A stretch of DNA of 64,000 nucleotides from Candidatus Woesebacteria bacterium. Lineage in GTDB: Bacteria; Patescibacteriota; Microgenomatia; UBA8517. Under the pieces are notes generated by a model. That model worked only from the letters and a program-made list of their open reading frames with translations, ran no database searches and was not told where the DNA came from. The translations under genes and the position numbers were made by a program. Positions 47,069 to 56,062 of this stretch are shown piece after piece; the first letter of the stretch is position 1; each line of letters starts with the position of its first letter. Location of the stretch: assembly GCA_016432525.1 (NCBI GenBank), contig CP066693.1, positions 849,639 through 913,638 on the forward strand, written 5' to 3'.

Positions 47069-48332
47069 GATCTTTTAATGCTCGATAATATCTCTCTAAT
47101 GCTTCTTCAGCTTTCTTCCAATGCTCTTCCCCATATCCTCTTTCAGCCAAAGCTCTTTCGTGAACCGCCAAAGCTCTCAAATGAGCGGCTTTGGAAGCCT
47201 GAAAATCAGAAATTCTATAGACTTCAGATACAAACTTTCGAGTTAAACTTTCCGTTTCCTCACTAAAGTCAGTTGTTACATCAACTTTTTTACGAAGTAA
47301 ATGAATCTCAAGTGAAGCTGCAATTTTAGGCTCAAATGCCAATTTCACCTCATCGCGAATTAACTTATAAAACTTAACTAATCTTTTACTTGCCTTATCC
47401 CATTTACTTTGCTCTCCTTGGGAAATCGCTTCAATCATAAGCTTTGCTGCGTCAGTTGCTAGATTCTTGGAAAGCCCCCATTGCTCTTTTAAATGCTTCA
47501 TTGCATAATCTACGAATTTAGTTCCCTTGGGAATCTTAGATAATCTCCACCAATTCACTTCAAACCCAGCCACAACTTCAGGTTTAAATCTAAAATGAAA
47601 CATATTATCATTTCCCCCAAATCTTCTCCTTCTTCTACTATAGTCAAGAATTGCCCTTTTAAGATGCTCAGGAGTCATTGCTGGAAGATGGTCCTCTTCC
47701 CAATAAATTTCTGCATATGTCATCTGCCATGGTAGAAGCCCGCTTGTCCTCTGCTCCCCAGAAGGTCTTATAAAAAGATCTACATAAGGATATAGCTGAT
47801 CTCCTGTATCAAGGTAGGAAGAAAAAAGTTTCTCATCAATCTGGTCCTCAGAAATTCCATCTCTTATAATCTTTTTTGTGGCTCGCATTATCTCATCACG
47901 CCCTCCATAATCAAGTGCAACATTTAAAACATGTTTTGTATAATGTCTAGTTTCCTCTTCTGCTTTTTGTATCTCAGAAACAAGTGCCTTTGGAAGCCTG
48001 TCTTTTCTACCCAAATGAACAAAACGAATCTGATTCTGATGTGCTTCTTTCATAACATCTTTAACAAACCTTGAAAAAAGCTTCATTAAGTAAGATATTT
48101 CATCATCAGTCCTATCCCAATTTTCAGTTGAAAATCCCCAAACTGTAAGTGTATGTATCCCAAGCTCCCTCGCTGCCTTTGCAATGCTTTTTCCTGCTTC
48201 AAAGCCTTTATGGTGACCTTTTAGAGTATGAAGTCCTCGAGCTCTTGCCCAACGCCTATTACCATCAAGAATTATAGCTATATGATCAGGAACTTTTGTG
48301 CCTCTGGGAAGTGTTAAATCACCTTTTAACAT
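47058..48332 (-). CDS. uppS: undecaprenyl-diphosphate synthase (cis-prenyltransferase) with a ~170-aa C-terminal extension
   Basis: HIAIILDGNRRWA...VWGFSTENW...DLFIRPSGEQRTSGLLPWQ core. Extra helical C-terminal domain. Confidence 0.85.
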   Translation of the reverse strand: MLKGDLTLPRGTKVPDHIAIILDGNRRWARARGLHTLKGHHKGFEAGKSIAKAARELGIHTLTVWGFSTENWDRTDDEISYLMKLFSRFVKDVMKEAHQNQIRFVHLGRKDRLPKALVSEIQKAEEETRHYTKHVLNVALDYGGRDEIMRATKKIIRDGISEDQIDEKLFSSYLDTGDQLYPYVDLFIRPSGEQRTSGLLPWQMTYAEIYWEEDHLPAMTPEHLKRAILDYSRRRRRFGGNDNMFHFRFKPEVVAGFEVNWWRLSKIPKGTKFVDYAMKHLKEQWGLSKNLATDAAKLMIEAISQGEQSKWDKASKRLVKFYKLIRDEVKLAFEPKIAASLEIHLLRKKVDVTTDFSEETESLTRKFVSEVYRISDFQASKAAHLRALAVHERALAERGYGEEHWKKAEEALERYYRALKDRVA

Positions 48333-48344
48333 GGGTAAGAGAAA

Positions 48345-49160
48345 TTATATCATAAGTCTGCTTTTTAGTACCAATATAGGGAAAACAAAGACTGCATTAT
48401 AAATTCTTGAAATTCTTGATGGCTCTTTTATAAGTCTCCACATCCACTCCAATCCTATAGCTGAAAGCCATTCAGGGGGTAAACTAGCCTCACCTGAAAA
48501 ATAATCCAAGGTTCCACCAACAACCATCACTCCTTTTACTTTTAGATTTTCAATATTATCAAATACCCATTTCTCCTGCTTTGGTGCGCCAAATGCTACA
48601 AACAAAAAATCTGGCTTAGACATATTAATATCTCTTAAAGTATCTTTATATAACTTACTATCTACTTCTGAGACAGGCTTCGCATCATTATTTAGTTTAG
48701 GTCCAGAATTTCCTTGAATATTTATATTAGGGAACTCTTTTAGTATTTTTTCGATGCATCTTTTATTTACTCTATTTACTCCTCCAAGAAGAAAAACTTT
48801 ATATCCACGCTCATTGGCTATCTTAAGCAGTTCAATAAACATTTCCCTTCCTTTTGTTATCCTATATCCATCAAACCCTAAAACTTTCAGTGCTAATTTT
48901 AGTCCTACTCCATCAACGATTGAAATATTACTTTTCTCCAAAGATTCTTTTAGTTTTTTGTCATCTTGTGCCTGAACAATTATCTCAGGGTTCGGAGTAG
49001 TTATGTAAAATTTTTTGCCTCTTGTTAGGCAAAAATCAACTTTTTCTAGCACTTCGCGCTTATCTTTGCTAGTAATTTTTACTCCTAAAACAGTGGCATG
49101 AGTTTGACCTTTTCTCATAAATTTAAGGCTAAATACATCTCTAACATTACCACAAACCAA
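48345..49160 (-). CDS. WecG/TagA/CpsF-family glycosyltransferase (GT26)
   Basis: VFLLGG...VAFGAPKQEKWV...GVGGTLDYFSG signature. Confidence 0.8.
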   Translation of the reverse strand: MVCGNVRDVFSLKFMRKGQTHATVLGVKITSKDKREVLEKVDFCLTRGKKFYITTPNPEIIVQAQDDKKLKESLEKSNISIVDGVGLKLALKVLGFDGYRITKGREMFIELLKIANERGYKVFLLGGVNRVNKRCIEKILKEFPNINIQGNSGPKLNNDAKPVSEVDSKLYKDTLRDINMSKPDFLFVAFGAPKQEKWVFDNIENLKVKGVMVVGGTLDYFSGEASLPPEWLSAIGLEWMWRLIKEPSRISRIYNAVFVFPILVLKSRLMI

Positions 49161-49410
49161 AATATAATTGCAATTTTTGTGATTCCTTTCTTAAAAACTA
49201 CTTTTACCTATAACATCCTAAATCTCATCCAAAAAGTCAAAATTTTAAGTTTTACTATATTCATACATAATTCTAATTTAACAAGCAAAAATTACTTATT
49301 TTGTGTAAAAAAATTTTCCTTTTTTCTGAAGCTACAAATAAAAATACATGCCCAATTTATCCACAATTTGTAGATCGTTAAGCTTACAAAATATAGGACA
49401 TAGCAAAAAT

Positions 49411-49440
49411 TTGACAGTAACTTTCTAAATCAAATATAAT
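49411..49440 (+). promoter_or_regulatory. near-consensus sigma70 promoter TTGACA-N18-TATAAT
   Basis: Directly upstream of the 49484 peptide gene. Confidence 0.55.
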
Positions 49441-49483
49441 CAATCTTGTCCGGGAATTTTTAAGTACAGAAAGGAAACTGAAA

Positions 49484-49636
49484 ATGTTTGTTTTCTCTCT
49501 ACACGAAGAGGAATTGCCGGAAGACATAGCAAACGGCCCAGTTGAAATGGAAGACGGTCCCGTCGAAGGATTAAGCCCTCTACACGTCACATCAAATCCA
49601 GACGCCGACGAAGGGGACAAGGATCCTGAACAGTAA
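49484..49636 (+). CDS. small acidic peptide (50 aa)
   Basis: RBS AAAGGAAA before the ATG. MFVFSLHEEELPEDIANGPVEMEDGPVEGLSPLHVTSNPDADEGDKDPEQ. Promoter and terminator present. Confidence 0.45.
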   Translation: MFVFSLHEEELPEDIANGPVEMEDGPVEGLSPLHVTSNPDADEGDKDPEQ

Positions 49637-49663
49637 TCACATAAGTTGATTCTTTAATTCAAA

Positions 49664-49718
49664 TGCCCTGCGCAAACGAGAAATCTATATATCTCAATAA
49701 ACGCAGGGCACTTTTTTT
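49664..49718 (+). terminator. rho-independent terminator (9-bp stem, long loop, T7 tract)
   Basis: TGCCCTGCG...CGCAGGGCA followed by CTTTTTTT. Confidence 0.45.
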
Positions 49719-49741
49719 AAAATTCTTCTTCCTATAATATA

Positions 49742-49770
49742 TTGACTCATTTGAAATCTTGTAATATAAT
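49742..49770 (+). promoter_or_regulatory. near-consensus sigma70 promoter TTGACT-N17-TATAAT
   Basis: Directly upstream of the 49809 peptide gene. The ACAGAAAGGA leader resembles the 49484 leader. Confidence 0.55.
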
Positions 49771-49808
49771 ACGCTTATCCAATTTTTTGGCACAGAAAGG
49801 ATTCAAAA

Positions 49809-49955
49809 ATGCCAACCGTATATTGGATGAGCAGCGACGATGATGACGAGGTCTCAAATCCTGGCACCCCGCCGCCGGAATTGGGTGAGCCGCAAAGCGA
49901 CCCGCCGCCTTCTGGAACCGAAATCGATGAGAATGGAGAACCCACCGGTAGTTAA
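49809..49955 (+). CDS. small acidic Pro-rich peptide (48 aa)
   Basis: RBS AAAGGA. MPTVYWMSSDDDDEVSNPGTPPPELGEPQSDPPPSGTEIDENGEPTGS. Confidence 0.45.
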   Translation: MPTVYWMSSDDDDEVSNPGTPPPELGEPQSDPPPSGTEIDENGEPTGS

Positions 49956-50042
49956 CATCTAGTCGCAAGTCACAGTGAGCGAGTTCACCTCCAAAGATTT
50001 ACCTCTTTGAATGAATTCGCTCATATATCATAATAAAAAATA

Positions 50043-51272
50043 ATGCCTCATCAAATAAAAACTTCAAAGAACGGTCTAACAATAATTCTTTCAATACAAC
50101 CCAATGTCAAAATTACAACAATAGTTTCTTCTTCTAGAGCTGGCTCAAGATATGAGACAAAGGAAGAGAGAGGATATGCACACTTAATGGAACACACAAT
50201 GCTTCTAGGATCAAAAAATTATTCTCAAAAAGACATAAATTCTAATCTTGATCTTTACGGAGGATATCTAAACGCTCTCACAAATCAGGAATTTGTTAAA
50301 TGCACAATGCAGGTATTATCTGAAAACGAAGAAAAACTCTTGCCTATTTTTGCAGATTTGTTAGAAAACCCTATTTTTAACGAAAAAATATTAAATAACG
50401 AGAAAAAAGTTGTTTTGGAGGAAATAAAACTATTTGAAGGCAAATATCGAGAAATACTTTGGAGAAATACTCTTCAAAAAATTTTACCTAAAAACCATCC
50501 CCTTACAAATCATGCTTTAGGTGAAGTGAATACAATCAAAAAGGCATCCAGTGACCATCTAGCTAAATACCACAATCGAACAATGCAGCCAAACCAAACA
50601 GTAATTTGTATAATTACACCCAATAAAAGTGGCCAAAAAGCTTCAGAATACATATTAAATAATCTTTGGAAGAACCAAAAAATTGAAACTCAAAAGAATA
50701 ATAAAATAACAACAAAAATTAAACAAGCTTATATTGAAATGGAAATACCCACTCCCCAATCTCAAATTCTAATAAATTATGCAACAAAAAGACTTGAATA
50801 CAAAGAGTCACTTATCTTGCATTTAATTTCAACTTACTTGGGATATGGAAAAACTGGGGCACTTAAAGACATGCTCAGGAGTCAAAAGGGTCTAATATAT
50901 AGTCTGCAAACCATGACTCCTTCTTATCAAGAAATGTCTTGTTTCGCTGTAGCGACATCATCCACAAAACCTAAAGAAGTTATAGAAGTAATAACTAATA
51001 AATTAGAAAGTTTATCTCAAAGCATAACAGATCAAGAAATTGAAATTGCAAAAACTAAACTTATAAACTCAGTCTCTCTTTCTTTTGTAAATCCCATAAA
51101 TGAATGTAATGTTCTTCTCAGTGAATATCAAAATTACAATATAGTTCAGACAAACGAGGAGAGAAAAGAGAAAATAAAAAAAATCAAACCAGAAGAAATA
51201 AAGGAAATTGCCTCTAGGCTACTCAAGCCACAAAACAGAGCAATAGCTATTGGAAAAGGAAAATCAGATTAA
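50043..51272 (+). CDS. M16-family (insulinase-like) zinc peptidase
   Basis: Inverted zinc motif HLMEH (HxxEH) plus downstream E. 409 aa. Confidence 0.75.
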   Translation: MPHQIKTSKNGLTIILSIQPNVKITTIVSSSRAGSRYETKEERGYAHLMEHTMLLGSKNYSQKDINSNLDLYGGYLNALTNQEFVKCTMQVLSENEEKLLPIFADLLENPIFNEKILNNEKKVVLEEIKLFEGKYREILWRNTLQKILPKNHPLTNHALGEVNTIKKASSDHLAKYHNRTMQPNQTVICIITPNKSGQKASEYILNNLWKNQKIETQKNNKITTKIKQAYIEMEIPTPQSQILINYATKRLEYKESLILHLISTYLGYGKTGALKDMLRSQKGLIYSLQTMTPSYQEMSCFAVATSSTKPKEVIEVITNKLESLSQSITDQEIEIAKTKLINSVSLSFVNPINECNVLLSEYQNYNIVQTNEERKEKIKKIKPEEIKEIASRLLKPQNRAIAIGKGKSD

Positions 51273-51277
51273 TTTTT

Positions 51278-52285
51278 TTACCTCTTAGTAGTAATACTTC
51301 TTTTCCAAAGATCAATATTCTCTAAAACAATCCCAGTTCCCCTTACAACACAATAAAGCGCATCGTCTGCAACATGAGATGGCACTCCAGTTTCATCAGT
51401 CATAAGCCTGTCAAAATTGCGAAGAGTCGAAGTTCCGCCACTCATAATAATTCCTTTATCAATAATGTCAGATGCCAATTCAGGCGGAGTATCTTCTAAA
51501 ACCCCCTTGACAGCACCAATAATTTGATCTAATACGGGCCTTATTGCATCAGTAATTCCTTGCGAAGAAACTATTACACTTCTGGGGAGTCCAAAAACTA
51601 AGTCTCGTCCTGAAATCTCTATCTTTTCATCTTTAGTCAAATGTGTTGCAGATCCAATCTTAATTTTTATATCCTCAGCAGTCTGTTCTCCAACGATTAG
51701 ATTGTGTTTCTTCTTCATATAATTTTGAATTGCCTCATCGATTTTGTTTCCAGCAACTCGAACACTGCGACTAATTACAACTCCTCCAAGAGAAATTACT
51801 GCAGCCTCAGCTGATCCCCCACCAACATCCAAAATCATATGCCCAGAGGCAGCATTAACAGGAATATTTGCTCCGATTGCTGCAGCTAGTGGCTCGTCAA
51901 TTAAATACGCATTCCCAGCTCCAGCTGAGCGCGTAGCATCTAAAGCTGCTCGTCTTTCAACTTGTGTACAACCAGCTGGAACGCAAACCATAACATCAGG
52001 TCTCACAAAATGAATTCTTCCTGTAACTTTACCAATAAAATACTTAAGCATCGCTTCAGTTACTTGATAGTCAGCAATCACTCCATCTCTCATGGGTTTT
52101 AATGCAATCAAAGAATCAGGAGTACGTCCAAGCATCCTTTTGGCTTCCTCCCCAACAGCTAAAACACTATTATCATCAGCTGAAATAGCAACAACAGTTG
52201 GCTCATTTGATATAAGCCCTTCTCCTGCTACCCAGACAAGAGTGTTAGCAGTTCCCAAATCAATAGCAATACGTTTCTTAATCAC
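51278..52285 (-). CDS. second MreB-like actin homolog
   Basis: IDLGTANTLVWVAGEGLISNEPTVVA... A paralog of the 5591..6637 mreB. Confidence 0.85.
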   Translation of the reverse strand: MIKKRIAIDLGTANTLVWVAGEGLISNEPTVVAISADDNSVLAVGEEAKRMLGRTPDSLIALKPMRDGVIADYQVTEAMLKYFIGKVTGRIHFVRPDVMVCVPAGCTQVERRAALDATRSAGAGNAYLIDEPLAAAIGANIPVNAASGHMILDVGGGSAEAAVISLGGVVISRSVRVAGNKIDEAIQNYMKKKHNLIVGEQTAEDIKIKIGSATHLTKDEKIEISGRDLVFGLPRSVIVSSQGITDAIRPVLDQIIGAVKGVLEDTPPELASDIIDKGIIMSGGTSTLRNFDRLMTDETGVPSHVADDALYCVVRGTGIVLENIDLWKRSITTKR

Positions 52286-52309
52286 AGTTTATTATTATAT
52301 AATATACCA

Positions 52310-53467
52310 ATGACCAAAATTAGAGTTCTCTTTTTCTTGATGTCACTTTTTATAGTTTTGACTGTAGGCACAATTGCTTTCTTTTATGCAACTGGTTATA
52401 GGATTAACAAAGGAAATTTATCTCCTCAAGGAATTCTCGTTATTAACTCAGACCCAAATGGGGCACAAATTTTAATCAATGGTGAGCTTAAAGAAGTCTC
52501 AAATGCCAATCTCACACTCCCTGAGGGTGATTATGACATTATTCTTAAAAAAGATGGTTTTATTTCATGGCAAAAAAGAATAAAAATTCAAAAAGAAGTG
52601 GTTACTGAGCTTGATGCAGATCTTTTTCCAAGCGCACCATCGCTCTCTGCAATCACATTTGACGGAATTTCAAATCCCATCATCTCAGACGATGGAACAA
52701 AAATCGCCTACAATATCACAAGCTCTGACGCAGATAAAAATGGCTTGTGGCTTCTCGAAACAGTTAATCTTCCTTTAGGTTTTAATCGCGAACCCAGAAG
52801 AATAACAGATTTAAATTTAGATCCAACCTCAACCTGGAAATTTTCACCAGATTCAAGAGAAATTTTAGTCACTTCAAAAAACGGGCTCTTTTTGCTCTCT
52901 ACATCCGAATTCAAATCTCAATCCAGTTTAGTTAATGTTGCTGCTCAAAAGGAAAAAATCCTCACCGCATGGAAACAAAAAGCCGATGAGCTTTTAAATT
53001 CGCAGCTTCAAAAACTTCCCCAAGAGCTTTCAAATATATTCCTAAACAAAACTTCCAACATTTCTTTCTCTCCAGATGAAAATAAAATTTTATATGAAGC
53101 TTCCGCATCAGCCACAATTGCCAAAGGTTTAATTAAACCCCTACCTGGAAGTTCAACTCAAAAAGAAGAAAGAAATATTGAAAAAGGAAAAAAATATGTC
53201 TTCGATATTAAAGAGGACAAAAATTTTGAAGTGGGAGCATCAAGCGATACAATCTATTGGCTTCCAAATTCAAGAAATTTACTTATTCCACAAAAAGACA
53301 AGATTGTAGTTTCAGATTATGATTCAACAAACAAAATAACAGTCTATTCAGGATCATATATTTCTCCAAATGCGTTTCCATCTGCTGCCCAATCAAGAGT
53401 TTATCTTCTTACAAACTTAGGCTCACAAAATTCTCCTCTAAATTTATATTCTTTAAGCCTGAAGTAA
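52310..53467 (+). CDS. membrane-anchored PEGA-domain protein with a large extracytoplasmic region
   Basis: N-terminal TM segment, then ILVINSDPNGAQILINGE...LTLPEGDYDIILKKDGF (PEGA). Confidence 0.55.
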   Translation: MTKIRVLFFLMSLFIVLTVGTIAFFYATGYRINKGNLSPQGILVINSDPNGAQILINGELKEVSNANLTLPEGDYDIILKKDGFISWQKRIKIQKEVVTELDADLFPSAPSLSAITFDGISNPIISDDGTKIAYNITSSDADKNGLWLLETVNLPLGFNREPRRITDLNLDPTSTWKFSPDSREILVTSKNGLFLLSTSEFKSQSSLVNVAAQKEKILTAWKQKADELLNSQLQKLPQELSNIFLNKTSNISFSPDENKILYEASASATIAKGLIKPLPGSSTQKEERNIEKGKKYVFDIKEDKNFEVGASSDTIYWLPNSRNLLIPQKDKIVVSDYDSTNKITVYSGSYISPNAFPSAAQSRVYLLTNLGSQNSPLNLYSLSLK

Positions 53468-53470
53468 TAA

Positions 53471-53722
53471 TTATTTAAGTTTTATATAAACAATGGCCAG
53501 ACGGGCAACAGAATATACAATAATAATGCCATCAAAAACTTCGTACACAATACGAAATGGCCATACCCGCAATGATCTCAAGCCTTTGAGCTCTCCCCTT
53601 AAGGGTTTACCAGCCAAAGGATCATCAGCCAAGATCTCAAGTTTGTTTATGATCTTCGTCTTCTCTTTTTTTGAAAGTCTCTTCAGTTGTTTAACTACTT
53701 GAGGTTTATATCTTATCTCCAT
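53471..53722 (-). CDS. RelE/ParE-family type II toxin
   Basis: MEIRYKPQVVKQLKRL...KIINKLEILADDP...GKPLRGELKGLRSLRVWPFRIVYEV. Immediately downstream of a Phd/YefM gene. Confidence 0.65.
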   Translation of the reverse strand: MEIRYKPQVVKQLKRLSKKEKTKIINKLEILADDPLAGKPLRGELKGLRSLRVWPFRIVYEVFDGIIIVYSVARLAIVYIKLK

Positions 53723-53733
53723 TCAACTACAAA

Positions 53734-53997
53734 TTACATTCCAATCTTTTCGAGAAGCTCTTTATGGGAAATAGTTGCCTTCTCTTTTCTGGCACCTCTT
53801 ATCACATTCGGCTCCTCTTTATTTGATAAAATGTCTAAAGTTTCAAACCAAGAATCAAGCTCATCTTTGCTTAAAAGAACCACAGAAGATCCACTTCTTA
53901 ATTTAATCTCATATTTTCTTATTCCTTTACTCGCAGCTTTTATTAAAGAATAGAGATTTTTTCTCGCTTCACTCGCAGTATAAACAATTGTATCCAT
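53734..53997 (-). CDS. Phd/YefM-family antitoxin
   Basis: ...YTASEARKNLYSLIKAAS...SVVLLSKDELDSWFETLDIL. Confidence 0.7.
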   Translation of the reverse strand: MDTIVYTASEARKNLYSLIKAASKGIRKYEIKLRSGSSVVLLSKDELDSWFETLDILSNKEEPNVIRGARKEKATISHKELLEKIGM

Positions 53998-54035
53998 ACA
54001 AAAATCGTACTACAACCAGTACGCATTGTCAACTG

Positions 54036-54107
54036 TGTCCCCGCCAAGAATCGAACTTGGATTTAAGGTTTAGGAAACCTCCGTTCTATCCGTTGAACTA
54101 CGAGGAC
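54036..54107 (-). tRNA. tRNA-Arg (CCT)
   Basis: Reverse complement GTCCTCGTAGTTCAACGGATAGAACGGAGGTTTCCTAAACCTTAAATCCAAGTTCGATTCTTGGCGGGGACA. Anticodon loop TTCCTAA. Confidence 0.8.
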
Positions 54108-54317
54108 GTGCCTAAATTATACCAAATTCGCCTAAAGTAAACTAATTTTTATCCAACACAACTCCAATCTCCCTTTTGAGTTTGCAATCAAAACCAACTA
54201 GTGATAAATTACACATTATGGGACTGGCTGAATAAGCTAGAATGGAATTGGGCATATTCACAATATGATGGACATAGAGCAGTATCATCAATCCTAATCG
54301 AAAGGAGGTAATAATTT

Positions 54318-54530
54318 ATGCCTATCGATATATGGAAAGACGATTGGCGCAATCTCGGAGATAACGTACACGGCGCAACCGTGAAAATCGACGACGATAA
54401 CACTCATACAACCGTTCATGGAGATGATTGGCATAGATCATGGGATACAAACCGGACCACAAACGAAATCTCACATGATCATGTCACAACCCATGATGAT
54501 CACGAGCACTATGACGTAGACAAACTCTAA
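54318..54530 (+). CDS. small His/Asp/Trp-rich peptide (70 aa)
   Basis: RBS AAAGGAGG. MPIDIWKDDWRNLGDNVHG...DDWHRSWDT...HDDHEHYDVDKL. Confidence 0.45.
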   Translation: MPIDIWKDDWRNLGDNVHGATVKIDDDNTHTTVHGDDWHRSWDTNRTTNEISHDHVTTHDDHEHYDVDKL

Positions 54531-54645
54531 GTCTAATCATATTTGTAACTGTCTAATTCCAAACTGAAGAGTGCCTCAAAAGGTACAGATCCCATCTGTA
54601 GAATTAACAATTCCACTCTTCTTACAATAAGATATAATAAAGTTT

Positions 54646-54984
54646 ATGAGCGACCCAAAACAACCACTTTATAAATATCTATTTGAATATTGTAAAGAAA
54701 ACAAATCATTAGGCCACAAAGCCACTAAGGATATTTTAAATAAAGCAGTTAAAGACTTTCTTAAAAAGGAAATAAGTATAAAAGAATTAAGTAGCATCGG
54801 AGAACAATTACTATACGAATTAAATAAGCCTTCAGAACCATACAATTGGCCTGGTACAACTGGTAATTTATTGTCTGATCTATCCGAATTCGATTATTAT
54901 TCAAATTTAGCGTCAAAAGGTGACAAAGGAGCAGAAAAGTATATCCAAAAACTTCTATCAGAGATAAAAGATTGGATTAAATAA
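54646..54984 (+). CDS. hypothetical protein (112 aa)
   Basis: ORF only. Confidence 0.35.
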   Translation: MSDPKQPLYKYLFEYCKENKSLGHKATKDILNKAVKDFLKKEISIKELSSIGEQLLYELNKPSEPYNWPGTTGNLLSDLSEFDYYSNLASKGDKGAEKYIQKLLSEIKDWIK

Positions 54985-55650
54985 CTATTTATCCACAACC
55001 ACCACAATCTCCCCTTTAATCTTTTCAGGCATGATACTCAGAACTTCAGATATTGTTCCACGATAGATAGTCTCATAAATCTTAGTAAGCTCACGGCATA
55101 CACAAATCCTTCTATCTCCCACACTCTCAAGAATTTCAGTTAAAGTTTTTCTGATTCTAAATGGTGACTCAAAAAATATAATTGGCATATCAATCTCTTT
55201 GATTCTTTCAAAAATCTTTTTCCTTCCTTTTTTGGGCATAAATCCCAAAAATTCAAATTTGCTCATATTAAAACCACAAATAGAAATAGAAGAAGTCAAA
55301 GCTGACGCCCCCGGAATAGATATTATTTTAATCCCGTTCTCATTCGAGGTTAAAAACTCAACAAGCTCATTTCCAGGATCAGAAACCGATGGAGTACCTG
55401 CATCTGTTACCAGTGCTAGACTACTCCCCTTTCGCAAAAGAGATATTATGGTGGCATACTTCTTATCTGAACTGTGCTGATGGTAACTGTCAAGAGGAGT
55501 CTTTATATCGTAATGCATCAAAAGTAGTCTTGTTTTTCTAGTATCCTCACAAAGTATCAAGTCAACACTCTTTAAAATCTCTAGTGCTCTTAAACTAATA
55601 TCCCCCAGATTCCCAATCGGTGTAGCAACAATAAACAAGCTTCCAGCCAT
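54985..55650 (-). CDS. rsmI: 16S rRNA (cytidine1402-2'-O)-methyltransferase
   Basis: MAGSLFIVATPIGNLGDISLRALEILKSVDLILCEDTR... Confidence 0.85.
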   Translation of the reverse strand: MAGSLFIVATPIGNLGDISLRALEILKSVDLILCEDTRKTRLLLMHYDIKTPLDSYHQHSSDKKYATIISLLRKGSSLALVTDAGTPSVSDPGNELVEFLTSNENGIKIISIPGASALTSSISICGFNMSKFEFLGFMPKKGRKKIFERIKEIDMPIIFFESPFRIRKTLTEILESVGDRRICVCRELTKIYETIYRGTISEVLSIMPEKIKGEIVVVVDK

Positions 55651-56062
55651 ATATCCATTATAGGCCTGCTAATTTCTAAACACAAATTGTGGATAACTTT
55701 GCAATTTTATTTACTACAAGATAATATCTCTAGTTTTTGCCCAAAAATGATATAATATTTTTATCGCAAGATTAACAAACAAGGGATAAAAAAAATGAGT
55801 GAAGATAAACAACTTTCACTCGATTCGGCATCTCTAGAAGGAAAAATTGTTTAGGCTTTCCACCACGACGGACTTTCATATCAGGATTACACAAACATGG
55901 AAAACGTAGTGCTGGAATCTGGAGGTGGAATACCATTTAGGGTCTCTGACTTTGTCATGACCCTACTTAATTGGGGAATGATTATTTGGAAGAACAATAA
56001 GCTTGTCACACAAGACAGCAATCAAACACCGCCCCGATTTTTTTTCTGAAAAAAAACTAAAT

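Noticed and set aside
49384-49968. Minus-strand ORFs 49384..49620 and 49747..49968
   Set aside because: Antisense to the two small peptide genes, which have consensus promoters, RBSs and a terminator. The minus ORFs have none.
54128-54240. Possible second (pseudo)copy of the rsmI 3' end
   Set aside because: The similarity covers only ~40 bp and no extended in-frame RsmI-like translation exists. Treated as a direct repeat or scar, not a pseudogene.
54209-54403. 64-aa minus-strand ORF
   Set aside because: It overlaps the RBS and start of the better-supported plus-strand 54318 peptide gene. No start signals of its own.
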